Positions 9,947 through 24,473 of a DNA stretch of 64,000 nt are shown piece by piece. The DNA is from Catajapyx aquilonaris (lineage: Eukaryota), in NCBI GenBank assembly GCA_000934665.2, contig KZ538328.1, forward strand, positions 1 to 64,000. Direction: 5' to 3'. The position numbers and the translations under genes are program-made. The number at the start of each line of letters is the position of its first letter. Position 1 is the stretch's first letter. The notes under the pieces are model-generated. The model was not told where the DNA came from. It searched no databases and was given only the letters and a program-made list of their open reading frames with translations.

Positions 9947-12819
9947 GTGAGTGGAGGATACATGCGGCACTCCGGTTACCAAAGTGTCAACCCCTTGGTA
10001 TTGATCAAACTCATTTTCGGTCATCAGCCGAACAATTTGAGTTCTCACGCCGTCTTGTCAATTACCGTCAATCAAAAGTGAATGGGGCTCTACGATAAGG
10101 GTATTTCGGGCCGCGCTAAAATTGTTGCCGGTTCTTTTGCATATGTCAATCACGTTTCTATCTCAAGATACATCGTGCACATGAGTCACTATTAGATATG
10201 CTAGTCTGATAAATAATGATTCTGATTGTATTCATGCTGACCCCGTATGCCCACTCATTAATAATTGCAACATAGATAATGCTTGAACTGTAGACATATG
10301 ATGCCCATATGACGTCTAGCACTCCAAAGGTTGTATATGTTTATTATTACACACTTTCTAGAATGAACCAGAATTAAATGCACTTACAATCAGTGGATGC
10401 ATACATACAGCCATTAGACACCATATTCCCCTATACTTTTTGCCGCACATGCTCTTTTCTACCCAAACGTCATTTTTCCGTACATTTCTGCATTATTGCA
10501 AAGTATATGTAATAAAATGCATTTCAGAATTTTATACACAAAAGTGTGTAATAATACGAAAACAAATCATTGAGCACAGTAATGTTATAGGCCTATAATG
10601 GCCTATCGGAAAAGGTCGCTGAAGAAAGTTGTCCCATGCCTAATCCGAAATAGACATTGGCAATGCAAAAGCAATTTAAAAGCTGGCGGAGTCGGTGTGC
10701 CTTTTGCTTTTAAGCAGTTTCTTTGGGGGCAATGTTGCCGCATGTCGTTTTCCTATCGATCTCTGCCGATGCTCCTGGTGGGGATTCTGCTGCTGGCCAA
10801 TTCATCCCGGCTCCTTTTTGGCTAGCTGCTCCTTTTTGTAGGCGCCACTTGCCAGGGACCAGTCCAGAAATCCCATTATGGGATTCCACCAAAACGATTT
10901 TTTTTTCCAACCCCCTTGGTAAAAGCCGTTCAAATTCTCCCCCACTTTTTCCTCCACTGCAAAGAATGCCAGCCGGTCCACTATTCATTAATAAACGCCG
11001 TGTCTTGGTCAACATCCATGTCATATTCAGTTCCATTTTCATGATACAAAGGATATGCATAATTGACTAGGACGAAGGAGATAGATGCATATCAAACGAA
11101 ACAAAATGTGTACTGCAGCCCTTGGGTTAATTAGATCCGTTTCGCCAGAGAGGGCTGGGAGAGATGGTGCCCGAGACAGCCAGTTTTATTATTTATCGTA
11201 CTTTGGAGGGGCCAAAATGTGTACTTTACTGTCAAGCGCATAGGGGGGACAGGCGCACCAATTAGCTGGTTATGTTGCCGGTTCTCTCAGAAGGGTTGGC
11301 GACACACGAATATGGTGCTGGAATCATACGTGCCAATTGGGCCTGGTTGGCGACTAAGTCCTGGAATAACTTGAGGAGAGAAAAGGATATAAAAGGGCCT
11401 GGCTTTTCATCCCCACATACCTAAGGAATCCGGTCGGCCGGGTGTTAGGCGACGAAGTGTCAGGGCTACCGGTTTGCATCCCCCACCTAGGCCCTCCACC
11501 CCTGGAAAACCACCACCTTATTTTTCTCCATCAGGTTGCCAACCCCATTTTGGCCCAAGTTGCTCCTCACCGGATTAGGCAGACGGGACAAAAGTTTTGA
11601 AACGAAAAAAAAAAAGAACAAAAGTTGGGTGTGGTGTTTTCTGGTTAAATATAAGGTGTGGAGCAAAAGGGGAAAGGTTAATTAGCGTCGTCGATCTCAA
11701 TTAAGGTGTATTTTTATAACGGGAGCAAAACCCCGGGGTCGAAATTTTTAGTTCAATATATCTACGGAATTTTTGGCGTGACCCAGGACAAGTATGAGGA
11801 CATTTTTTTGTGTGCGGGGACTTGGGTGTAGACCGCAGCAGTAAGTTGAAGATTCTTGGAGGTGCCTCACGTCATTTTCACGCGTGAAGAATCTCCGGAT
11901 GAATTATTCACGGCGGTTTGGAGTCTCCTCGCAGTTTCTCGTGTGCAGGACGCCTAAGCAGGTCGTCGATATACCACGTCCTGTGCTAGAGGCGGCCCCG
12001 ATTTTTTTTTTCTTCGGGAAATGACGAAACAAATCCTACAGGTCGTAGCATTTTTTTTTTTTTTTGCCAAATTTGAGTATTGATGTGCCGTGCTGCTTAA
12101 TAATACAAAACTATTTTTTTGAAAATAGTTTGGCTGCGAAACTTTTCTCTAACACGTAATCTGGTCGCCCGAAAAAAAAAATCCAATTCCACAGCATCGC
12201 GTGCTGAGATCTACTAATAGCGCATTTAAAATACAGCGCCCTAGGATTGCTGATTTGTCTTAGCATTCAAATAATACGATTATGCGAATGGTAATAGGAT
12301 TTGGGGAGCCCACGCTGCGTTGCCGTGGCATTGGCACTGCTTAGCATTGCTGACCTTCGTGAGGAGAAAAAAAAAAGTTCGTAGTACAGTATACGCAAAG
12401 TATCTGATTCATATTGCAAGCGTATGATTGGCCTGCATACCAAGGGGTTGGCCCCCCAGTACTCAAAGTGTAGTACGTGCACATGCATGAGAAATACGAA
12501 AGGACACATTAATCATCCGGATAGTCGACTAAATATGCAGTGTACAGATGTTTGGTGCATTACCCTCTGTAAGTGTTGGGGTCACGTCATGCCCTGGTCT
12601 GCTGCTGTTTGTTGCAACGATTAAAATAATTTGTCAGCCGGATTCTGGTGGGCGAAAAGGCCTTCTCGGAATCGATTGCGGCTCTTGCCTCTTCCCGTAC
12701 GTAGTTACTGCAAAATCCTCGGCACCGGACGTGAGTCTCAAACTCGCTGCCATAGGTAAACACTGACTCATGTTGGTATCCATTGGTTATTATCAAGATA
12801 GGTACCGCACATTCTATGA

Positions 12820-12820
<1 letters not shown>

Positions 12821-12885
<65 letters not shown>

Positions 12886-12889
12886 AACC

Positions 12890-12932
<43 letters not shown>

Positions 12933-12948
12933 AATCAATAATAATAAT
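12821..12948. repeat. (ATT)n followed by (AAT)n compound microsatellite
   Basis: (ATT)21 at 12821-12883, spacer AAAACC, (AAT)n at 12890-12930 plus a short extra run. Confidence 0.95.
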
Positions 12949-14387
12949 TACCAAATAATGAAGGCTGTGTACTTACTCAAAATATTCTTACATATCAATT
13001 ATTGTTATGTACAGTATATTCATTTATCCACTTATTGTATGATTGGCTATGTACAATACTATAGTAGAGGAAGATAGGCGTTTCTTTGCGGCCTGCAATA
13101 TATCTAAGATAGGAAGTGACCTTTTTCCCTTTTCTTGTAGGCGAACACCTCGTTTTATAGGGAAACGAATTGATCTCGTGAAACATTGAACGGTGGGTTG
13201 GTTTTTATCGGGGCATACTGTAGTATTTTAGGCGGTAATGTTGTAATTCGTTTTCTCTGATGGATTCCTTTAGAGGCAGTTTAGCGGTGTACTGTATGGG
13301 ACGGCTGTCGTTTTATCTGCGCTTAAAATCAGGTGCTCATTTTCCTCTGGCCGGAAAGCCATTGTGTTAATTTAAGAGCTGGGTTTTTGCTGCAGGCTCG
13401 CAGGAGGTTACGCAGCTGGAAATGCGCCATTTTGAGTTGACCCTGGGCACTCGAAAAACGCGGGTATGCTTACGTATTGGTAAAAGCCGGGGTTTAGGAT
13501 CGGTTTTAAACCGGCTGCCAGAGGCCCTTGCGGTCACCTGCACTGCTTGGATAGTCTGACCTCCCGCATATTGCAAGTTACAATTTTGCCTTTTTTGAAA
13601 GTTTGGTGTAATGAAAGTTCGATAATCAAGTTTGGGTTATATAGTCTTCTACCGATAAGTACTGAATCCGGGCCGAGCTTAGAATAGTTTTTTTTGTTTT
13701 TTGTTTTTTGTTTGGGGGGGGGGGNNNNNNNNNNNNNNNNNNNNNNNNNNNNNNNNNNNNNNGGGGGTGTATGGTGTGGGGGGGGGGAGAAGGTTGCCCA
13801 CACTTGAAGTTGTGTCAGAATGGGCATCCGTGAAACTTGGTTTACGTGGGAGAGAATGCTTCCCAGCCCGTTTAAAGCTTTAGTGGGACTTGTCGTTGGA
13901 CCCGGGTAAACCATAAAGTTGCGAGGAATTCTGGCGGAAGCTTCTTCCTAGTGGCGAAATTTGGCATTAAAAGTTCCTTTCGAGGGAGTGCGATCAGTCT
14001 TGTTTACTGCCGTTTGGGCGACATCTTTCGCCAGGACACTTCTGGTTATGCAGTGGTGCCGCCATTTCTACTGGAAGTTTCTCACATAAAATAAAAATTT
14101 TTTTAAAAAAAACGAGCAAGCTGCATCAATCTGACTGGAAAACTCGAAAAAGTTTGACTCGCAGGATCCCAACTTTTAATGAATTTTTGGCCATACTTAC
14201 AGCCACAGCCCGCCGTACCAAATTATGACAATTGAAAATCACGTTGCCCTCTTACTAAATGTACATTTGAGTGACGCTAATTTGCGCAAGCCGCGGAACA
14301 TTTCCACAATGTATTAAGTTTTGCACTTTCTGTCTCCTGCCTATATGCCCACCCCATTTATCTATAGCATCTGAGGCCTTGCACACC

Positions 14388-14389
<2 letters not shown>

Positions 14390-14446
<57 letters not shown>

Positions 14447-14470
14447 TGTTGTTGCTGTTGTTGTTGTTGT
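14390..14470. repeat. (AAT)n-(GTT)n compound microsatellite
   Basis: Direct reading. Confidence 0.95.
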
Positions 14471-14945
14471 GAGGGATGGGCTGTTTGGTGATAGTGTCCA
14501 ACCACAGCTAATTTGTGGTTGTTGTTTGCCTTCTGTTGAGGATCGGAAACTCCCAATTACTTTGTTAGCGGCTTAAGGAAATTTGAAAGACCTGATGTGG
14601 CACCTTTGAAACCGACATTGGAACGACCCCCGTGTACAAACACCCGTCTTGGTTTCCAGTGTTTGGCGGGGGGGCCAGAACAACAAACTCTGGAGTTGAG
14701 TGGAGGCTGACCAAGCCATTCACCAGTTTTGTGGATGGAATGCACTAAACGGCGGTGGTTTTCCAGAGCTGTAATTTGGCCCTCAAAAGTGCAGGGATTG
14801 ACATAGTCCCCGAGGGAGGTGAATGGCGGTGCCTTTTCCTTCCCTATGCTCCTGGGGGAATGATTCCTTCTGCGATGCGGCTTCTCAGTCACTGTGCCGC
14901 CATCAATCTCACTTTCAGGCCAGAGCCACTTACGTCTTTGTCTTT

Positions 14946-14946
<1 letters not shown>

Positions 14947-14990
<44 letters not shown>
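14947..14990. repeat. (AG)22 microsatellite
   Basis: Direct reading. Confidence 0.95.
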
Positions 14991-14991
<1 letters not shown>

Positions 14992-15355
14992 ACAAGTACA
15001 GTTGCGAGCCTGTTCTAGTGCGGTTCGGTGTTCCGGTTTACGTAAGCTGCGACTGTAAAAGTAGGCGTAGTGTAAATTGCTGTGGGCGGCTCACGTCAAC
15101 ATGTCTTTTCTAGGGGGGAAAAATGAATTGTATACCAAACCAGTCGCATGAAGTTGGGATCGCAGCCCGTATGTGACGTCACGGATGCTGGAGCGTGCTT
15201 AATGTAAGCGTGACGCGGAGTATAATGGTGAATATATGTCTGACACTAGACAAACAGGCATTTAGTCGACAGCAGGAGGAATCCCCGCAATTTTTGACAA
15301 TATAAACATTTTTGTAGGATAAATTTCGCACATTAATATTGTTACTATTGCATTT

Positions 15356-15666
15356 GCCGAAGCAGTTTGGAGGAGGGGATGTGGTGTCCGACTGCTAATC
15401 GGGAGGTCCTGGGATCAAATCCCGGGGCCGGCAACTCTGACCGTGGTTTTCTGTGGTTTCCCACGGTCCTTCCAGGAAAATTCCGGAGTTGCTTCCGTAA
15501 TTAATAGGCCACAGCCGCTTCCTTCCGTCCCTATAGTATCCCACAGAACACAGTAAAATGAAAATGCAAAGAGTTCCGGGCAAAACAAACTTACCCCCTA
15601 AAGAGCCGATGGCTGATAACGGGGTATGAATTATTTATTATTATTATTATTGTTGTTGTTATTATT

Positions 15667-15697
<31 letters not shown>

Positions 15698-15702
15698 CTG
15701 CT
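15356..15702 (+). mobile_element. tRNA-derived SINE, family B, copy 2 (glypican intron 1)
   Basis: Shares CTGCTAATCGGGAGGTCCTGGG, GCCGGCAACTCTGACCGTGGTTTTCTGTGGTTTCCCACGGT and TTAATAGGCCACAGCCGCTTCCTTCC with copy 1; A/B boxes are decayed. Candidate TSD 15341-15355 vs 15703-15717 matches at 12/15. Confidence 0.88.
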
Positions 15703-18700
15703 GCTGCTGTTGCATTTTGTTGGACCTTAGCTGGCCCTGGGGCGCGGGCGGGAGGAACCCAGCAGTTGACTCGAATTGAAAATTTGATGACATTGGCCAG
15801 CTCGCAGGCAGGCAATTTACAAATAGAAATAAACAAGGGAGAAGTCTGGCTTACATCAAGGCTAAATGCGGGTAACATCCCCCCTAGACGTGGGTCCATC
15901 TCGCCGTGACCTTTTCTATTTTTCGTACTGCGCATGCTGTATATCTCCGGAGTCCCTCCCGATGGATGCAAGCGAACTACTGTGCAGCCTTGAAACCATA
16001 ATGTTACAGCTGGGTCGTCTTGACATTGACCCTTAACGATACCGCTGAAAAGCACAAGTACGTGCCAGCACCCAACTGGACCCCGCCTCCTTTTTGTTAT
16101 CTCTTGTCTCTTTTCCGGAGAGTGAGTTTCATGTCCACTTGGCGAAAAGGGCGTCTGGTGAGAAGGATTTTTATCTGGTCGGCCCTGAGGCCCCCATGTT
16201 TTTGTGGGAAGTCTTCAAATGACCCGCAGTTAGTATAAATGGGCCTGTTAGCTTCATCAGTCAAAAAGCGCGGTTGGTGTGTAGAAGGCTGGTCAGGGTT
16301 GGATAATTAAATGCCCTCCACTTTAGATAGTTGATTGGTCCTAGTAGTCACTTTTCCAATTATGGCCATTGGCTGTAAAAGTAGGCTCCCAGGTGGGTAC
16401 AAGCCTGAAAGTTGGTTCATTATCAGCAGGTAATCAAACGAATCACGCAAGAACTAGGGTTTGGCCAAGAGGACACATCTGCACTTAGGAGAGAGACACT
16501 TCAAGCCGCCATTTTGGTAACGGGCCTTTTCTCTTAATTAGAAGCGCCCGAGTGGAGGTGGTGGTAAAGCATGCCATCATGCATGTTTCTATATAGGGCG
16601 GTTGAACCTTATCCAAACTTTTGGGCAGGTGCCTTTGGACCCCTGTCGTCGTTTGTGGAAATGGGTAGGTACACGCATAAAGTGGCGTTATAATAAGAGA
16701 GGTGCAGTAAACCGCTGAAGGGGACCGACATCAGTGGGGTGCTCTTTTTTTCGGGGGACACCGCCTGACCCCGGGCGAGGAAAGTGCTGTCTTTCAAGTG
16801 GACGAAAAGGATAGAAAAGATGGTGTCGGCCAGACGTCGCCATCACATTCCTCCGGGTCTTGTAAAATGAACGCCGTCCCCACCCTCACCTTTTGCTACC
16901 TGGCTCCCTCGCCTTTCAACCCCATAGGGATTTCTAGCCTAAAGGTCTCAATATTTGGCCCATCAGGGAACAAGCTTGCCAAGCTTCTGGAGGGGACTTC
17001 AAGGGCTGCCCAAATGTTGCGGGTTAACATTTTCACTCACATTTGAGGACAAATTATTTAATATGGCCGGAACTGGCAACAATTTGTATTCATGTACTGT
17101 GCTCATTACAAAGTGGAGGCATAATGCAAGGAGCAGGTGCATATTTAGATGCTTCATTCCACTTACCGGTTTTCAAATCACAATGCGTTTCAAGAGTTCT
17201 TTGTTTCCTTTGCATGTGTCCAACGTTTTGCTCACTCGGCTGGAAAATTTCTCCCCGGACGCTCGTAATAGTGGGCGGCACCGCATTCATGCATTCATTA
17301 CCCGGAGGTAATGATATTGCTTCGTCCACTTATGCCCAACACTTCCCATTTTATGATCGGTGTACATGTAGGCAAGCCAGGCATACACGCCGCTCGATTT
17401 GTTGCCTTCAAGTGACGACTCTGTTTTTAGAAGTAGGAGGCACTTGTATAGATAACCACAGAGGTTAGCAAAAGTAGCGATGCTTGAGTTGCAAAAAGTG
17501 TTGGCACCCGACTTAAGTGGGAAGCATCAACTTGTCATCACCTGTTGATTGTTATTATCTTTACATCCCACAGACTGCGTAAATGTTAAGTGGGAGAGTT
17601 ATTTTGGCTCCAATCTATTTTTTACCTCGCCCAGCTGTTGCGTGTATCAAAATTGGCAAGGTTCGGGACCCTAAAACTGGGTCCTTTACGCATATGAATG
17701 GTGGGACCGCACGAAAAACTAACTACTGATTGCTATCGACTTGTCGGAACATCTGCTCCTTCGTTATCATTTTGAAGAAGCACATTGGTCCCCTTTGCAC
17801 CAGCCGAGTGTTTTATCGGTCGATGAGTTGTTTTCTGCCACTTCATATATAGCCGGCCAGGCACTTTGAACTTGTTTTGAGCGCGTCTTTATTTGCGTGC
17901 CGCACACAAGAGTGACAAAACAGTTCATGAACCGCAATGAAGCTGCAGAAGTAGGGGGCGACCCTCGAGAGCGATCACCAGCAACAGATTAATAGCGTGG
18001 GACATGTTCAATTTGGGCGCCTCATTTGTTCATCAGAGTGGTCGACGGGGATCATCAAGAGGCCATCTGCTGTGGTGCAAACGGCCATCATCACATCCTC
18101 GGTCCTGGGGAATGAATGGAAAGCCCAACCCCACGTCTATTTTTCCTCTACTTCACAAACTGGCCCATCTTTGTAAAGCGGAATCCTGTAGAGGCTGTCA
18201 GCGCTAACAGGCGCTAATCACTCACTTTCTGGACGCTTCAAGTGTAATGTTAGTCACGTCCGAATGGCCTCACCCTTTTTTTCGCCCAACTACAATTGCG
18301 TTATCGTGCGTGTCGCGGGCCTACTGTAATGGGATTGTGGAGTTGGCTAGAAGTATCCTGGTCATAGCTTCAGGTTAGAGTGAAACGGATGATGTGACAT
18401 CCGGGGGAAAAACAGGGAGAAAGATTGGGGGTGTCGGTGTGTTGGGGAGATTGATGGGTTAGTCTTGTGTCACTGTCCCGGTGTGGCAAAAGATAGCGGG
18501 CGCTTCTCGGGTCAGAGCGAGGCATAATTGATATAGTAACTTTTTGGAATATTTGGGGGGTAGGGTAGTTTTTCCGGGCCATGACAAATGTAGGCGGTGG
18601 TTAGGTCATGCCAGAATGTACCGCATCACTGGTTGCAGGGTTTGTGTAAATGCCTTATTCACTGTCAGCTGTCAACTGTTTAAACCATGTTAGGTATTTA

Positions 18701-21700
18701 TAATAAATACCGGGGAATGAATATTTATTTTAGCATTTAATCCTAATGATTACTTGATGTAATGTACAGGCCTGGCTGCTTTGTGTAACGATAGTAAGAG
18801 CTCGTTGTTTTTGTCATAATGCGCTTTACTGCATGCTTGCTGGTATTCAGCTCATCTTCTGCGGCTTCCTATGGAACAATAGAACGCTATAGACCTACTT
18901 TCTTTTTCCGACTTGGCTTTTATGCGGCTTCATCTTCACGGGGACAATGGGACCCTTTCGGGTGATACACTCTCATTCACATACCTCCAATTTTGGAAGT
19001 AAACCGCTCAATATTTTCTGCAGAATTTGAAGACGAGAGGTTTCCCCGACGTAAGTTTGTGAAGATGCAGCACCGAGAAAATGTTCTATAGCCAAACTGT
19101 AGAAAATTGCTTCCCAGTTAAATAGGCTATCGATTAATAGGCCTTTAAACTAGAAAAGTTCTAAGAAAAATCTACTTAGGTTACGAAATTAATATTTGTA
19201 TGTCAATTACAGTAATATCATTGCATTCCTTATATAGTACTTCATGATTTAATGATGGCCTTTCTCTGAAGCAGGGTAAAGCCCTTGATTCTATATCCAG
19301 GGGCAAAGAGCGTAACATTTGGCTTCTCCTCAGCGCCGCCTACAAGCTAATTGTTTCTACAAGTACTGTAGCGTCTGAAAGCCTTGTGAGAGATATAGTC
19401 CACCTATCTTCGCTAACAGGGTACGAGCCTTCTATACAACCATCAAGGTAGTTCTACATCCTGTGGCGTATCTCTACATAAGCACGGACGCGCCTCGAAA
19501 GTGATATAGTACGTTGAAGGTGCGTGAATTATAGTGTTCTCCAGGGTCAAACAATAGGATTCTTATAAAGTTTGTGCCCTTGTAATATTGTCACGATGTG
19601 AATCTCCCGAACCAGAGCTACAGTTGTCACGAGTTTTCATATAGGAAGATATAGGCCTCTGTCTTCTGTGTATTGACAGGAAGCCATGACCGAGCCGTAA
19701 CAATGTTAACTGTACAACTATTAACAATTACTGGTATGACATGATAACCTGTCCGTGCGTACATTACTAGCGCCATAGAGAAATGACCCCAGCTATTTCA
19801 ATACCAGTGAACCATTTTCGATGCAAGAGATCACATGACCTTGTGATATCTGGCGAATATTTCAGTTATTTTGTAACAGATGGCCATGTTCGGTGAAAAT
19901 GGCAGTGAAGATAGACAAGCAAAATAACTTCTGATGTTTTCTCTCTGCCGAACAAACTTATAAACATGCGATAATAAACCAACTGTAATCACACTCCAAC
20001 TCGAACCTTGTACCGTTTAGTACGGGCACCCTGTGCGCCTTGACGAGCCATTGTTTCACTTGTCCTTTAACATTCTTGGAAGACTAGAGTTTGCCTTTGA
20101 GCGACTCGCATTCCAGCAAAACCACCTCCAGCTCCGGGACTATTTATACCCTTGGGTAGGAACGAAGGGGGATGGGAATAGCAGCCCGTAAAGCGATTGT
20201 CAGACTGCAATCTGGGAGATAGATCTAAATGGTGGGGCTTTCCCCATAGTCCCAGACTGCCTGCAGGAGCTGACCATCTTCGCGCCCACGGGAAATAAAA
20301 GCTATAAGCTACATTATCGACATGTGACTACTAGGGTTCTCGATTTTATAGCCCCCGTGGCCTTGCAGAGTCAGGCGTGGCCCTTGCGCCTTTATATTCT
20401 TCTTCTTCGTCTTCTTTTTTTTTTAAAAAAAATCCATTGCTTGTTTATGCTGATCAATGGCGGTCTGCATCACTTGGGAGTTCGAGTCGCGTTTGCTTAG
20501 TTGGGAAAAAATAATGGGATCAATCAAGATTAATGTTCAGTCGTCGTCTGCAGTATTCTCAAATCTTGTATCAATATTTATAAGCCGACTCGGAACTTTT
20601 TCGACGCAGTTTTAATTATCAACGTAAGATCCGGAAATAATATTGGTTGGTATGCGCAGTTCTTGATGCACACCTGGCTCATTGTTCTTATGCAACCGGC
20701 AATAAAACTAACACGTGTTCACCACACCGTGTTGTGTGTGTTGAAACTGTTGTTTGTATAGCCTGCATTATTCTGACTCGTACAGTACACTTGTACAGCA
20801 TTCGTTCCCATATTCAGCGAACACTGGATTGCGTCATGAATAGTTCGGAGTCTGGATTCCAAATGAAAAAAAAGAACCCCCTTATTTGGGCCGCAACGAT
20901 GTCATTGATGGCCATTGTCAGGCCGCGGGCCGAAATAATTAGGCACCTGCAAGCCCGTAAAATTATGTTCCGGCCAGTGGCTATGAAATAGTCTATTATT
21001 GTCCGCACAATGTTGGGTTAATTTTCAAATTGACTCCGAAGTTGGAAGGAGAAATGCGCGCGCATTTGTCTTTTTTTTCTCTTCTTATCGCAGTGTTGAC
21101 CGCATAGTAACAAGCAGTTTCATAGACATAAAAGCTGGCATTTAAAAATATGAAAAAAAACTGGGAATATATGAGTTCCTTGTTTGTCGAGTCGGGCTTG
21201 CCGGATTAAACAACCTGATTTTCTATAGTACGGTGCGTGGCTCTCAGCAGGTACAAAAGAGTTGCCTGAAAATGATTTCCGAGCAATTTAAAAAAGGAAT
21301 ATATTTTTCAATAATGCACACTGGGCCCTGATGAAAAGAAATGCGCTTCATCTTAGAGGGCCCTCACCCTCGAGGGTAATTTTGCCCGGGATCTCGAATG
21401 AATGAAAAGCAGAATTGCCCTCCACTGTCTGCAGGCTTCCTGCATACCTTCTTCCCTGGGCCTATAGAATTTCATCTCCGGAGTACTTTTTTGTCGTTAT
21501 TTATCTCCTTCCTTATCAAAGAAATATAGGAACATGATTTCTGTGTGGCGGAGAGGATTGCTTTTTTATGTTCTCGAAGAGTTTTTTTTTTTGAAAACTG
21601 ATCCTAAGTTGTTCCAACTGGTTCTGCACTAAAAGCCGGCCTTTTGTACAGTTGCCGGTGGGAGAGATAAAGGCGATTTTTAAATAAAGGTTTGGGTTGG

Positions 21701-22595
21701 TTGGTCTGTTTCAATTGGTTAGGTTCGTCTTACGTATACTGGCGAGTCATTTTAGTTGAAAAAAAAAATGCACGAGGCTTATCGATGGGGTCATCACTCG
21801 GGGAATCCTACGGAGTCCTATTAATACACGACTTGCAGGCAGACTTTTTACCAGCAATGATTTCACCCTCGGGAATTTTGTATTGGTGCTGATGGTATAC
21901 CAACAAAAAACAACAACATATCGCTGAGTGGGAATTGTGTAACTTATAGTATTTCTCAACTGATTCCATGAGGATACCTGAGGATATTGTTGTAATGTGG
22001 ATGATTTATCCTAGTTATAGAGTCTAGTGTTGTAAATATTTTGGAGCGAAAATTTTCAACTTGAGCAATTTTCGGAAGAATATGATGGATATCACTTGAT
22101 CAAAGCTCTATTCATATTCGACTTCACTTCAACTAATTGTAGTCAAATATTGCGGGAAACTTCATGGGGGAAAATGTTTGAAACAATGACTCAAATTGAG
22201 CCTAAAATCATTCAGTGCACTTTGTACAGTGCGTACAGTTTTAACTTGTAAAACATTAGCCCGAATGCAATTTTCTGCTCCGCATCCGCCAACGAATTTC
22301 ATTGATTATACTGTGCTGTAGTTTCAGATGGATAGGCGCAAAAAAATGTTCGGGGACGAATGTTTGGAGTTACTGGTTGGGGGGGGGGGGGGGGNAAATC
22401 GCGCACATACCACTATTACAAAATATGAAAAATTGGTGCTACTGTCCTACAGCAGAATTTCCCAACAACGCACAACTGTAAAATTATAGGGCTGGCTAAT
22501 CAGTTGAGAGTGGTTGTAGGCTAGACCGCTTGGAGGGGTTAAAAAAAGCCCAGGCGCATATGATTAATTGGACCCTAATTAAATGGAAGAAAGTA

Positions 22596-22795
22596 CACTC
22601 GACGCCCAGTTATCCAAGGTAATAGGTTACAAGCCACCCGCGGATAAACAGAACCCTACATATGTTTTTAAAACAAATTACGAATTATCATGTACTTAAA
22701 CAAACACTATAAAACAGCTATGAGATAAGATAGTGGATTTTTGTAAATTTAATGGTTTTAATATTCTAAATCCGTGAATAACCGGGGACCGACTT
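22596..22795. mobile_element. Degenerate pogo/Tigger-like MITE
   Basis: TA-CACTCGACGCCCAGTTATCC versus the reverse complement of the right end TA-AAGTCGGTCCCCGGTTATTC (15/22 identical), AT-rich interior, internal CGGATAA motif. Confidence 0.4.
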
Positions 22796-24320
22796 TATCG
22801 TGAAGTTGCATCAGGTCAAAACCCAGTGGTGATTTGTAGCGAAATGGTGCGAAGTCATCAATTGAATGGGCTTGGACTGGTTGACACGAGGACATAATTC
22901 GGCCCTTCCCCACTGCCGTTTCTCCGCTTCCCAATGAATGGACGGATAATCAGTCCGAGTGATTACAGTGATTGACACGTGCCACCCATGACTGGCAATC
23001 TGCAGATTAATTAACGTCACCTTTTTCCCCGACCGAAAGAACCCCAATTACTGTATCCTAATCAACAGTCGGCAGGGGTTTTCCCCTAATTTGGTCTCAC
23101 TTTGCAATTTATCAATATCACCGTGATATTTCCCCCGCCCAGACCTTTCACTGGCCCACACAAGAGGAAGTGATGTCACTGATGATGTGTTAAGTCACGT
23201 ATGTGGCCATCGAGTTCGCCGAACCAAAGGTGGCGGTGTCAACCTCGCGTGCGTTGTATACTTTGCATGCTCGGTTGGACCCCAGTAAGGTCCTGCAAAC
23301 AAATGACTTTGCCCTTTCAATTCTTGCAGCCCCAGTCCGTAAACATTAGTTCAGAACCAAATTGTTTCCGGCTGGTGCCAAGCCATTTTTTTTCCTCTTC
23401 TTCTTCCAACTGCGAGCAGTGAGTCAAACTGCTACAGCCCATTTTTTACCAGTTGTAACTCAGAATCAGGAGGTGTGAACAGATAGTCAAGCAAGTGCTA
23501 ATTTGCGAAGCTTGTAAGAATGTTAATGGGGATCAACTGAATTAGTCATCATTATGGGGTCATTTTGATGTGAGCAAAAGGACACAAATGCAATGTGGGT
23601 GATACTTAGATATTCATGAGCTAAATAAATATTTTCACCTAAAACATGATATGTGTATTTCAGTACAGGGCAGAGGTATGAAGAATGTGCAGGATGTTTT
23701 TCACGAATACTATATATATCCTATAATTTAGTCCATATTGTAGCAATGACTTTTGACATATTTCGTTGTTATTATTTACCAATTTTTTTACATATAGATA
23801 CTTAAATTATAGGTTTTTAAAAACCATGCACTATTGTGATACTGCCACTTGTATAATATCCGCCTTGATGTGGACTACTGCATGCAACAGAACTATAAAT
23901 TTTAGATTGAATTTGTGCACTTTTTGTTGAGATGCTCCACAATTTTTGATCAGCTTGCTGCATTGCTGAGTGACATCGCTGTATAGTTCATACAGTTAAC
24001 GACGTTCCTGTTCGTAATGTAGGACACGAGACTTTTTTTTTGTCCCTCTCGAATCCAGAGTTCTGACATATGCCTGCACTAGTTCTGTCAAAACTGCTTG
24101 GAGTAGCAACTTTTTTTTGCAGACATAGAATGAGCGCGTGTAATTAGTACCGCGCACATTAAGGCTGGGAAAATGGAGGTACTGGCCCTACGGGTATATA
24201 AGAATTAGGGTCCTTTTTCGTAGTCTTATTAGTGCAGGTACAAACCCGAACGATTCGAGGGATTTGGCTACTCCCTGGGGGAGTTCAAGAAGGATTTTTA
24301 CCTGGTTTTTTTCCCTCCAG

Positions 24321-24473
24321 GTGAAGCATCCAGCCTGTGCGAGGGAAAGTGCTGCAGACAATCAATGGAGAAACATCTTCTGGGAGCCGCCAGGAAGGAG
24401 CTGCATGAATCCATCCAGAGAGCATCGGCAACCCTCAGAAGTCTTCTGTCAGACACGTCTGTCAAGCTGAAGG
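24321..24473 (+). CDS. dally: Glypican coding exon 2
   Basis: Acceptor TTTTTTTCCCTCCAG| and donor G|GTGAGT at 24474; 153 nt, phase 1-1. Reads (G)EASSLCEGKCCRQSMEKHLLGAARKELHESIQRASATLRSLLSDTSVKLK, matching the glypican C-x(n)-CC-xxx-ME motif. Confidence 0.92.

Noticed and set aside
12587..12958. Poly-Y/N/I, poly-Q/L and RE/SL-repeat ORFs
   Set aside because: Translations of microsatellites.
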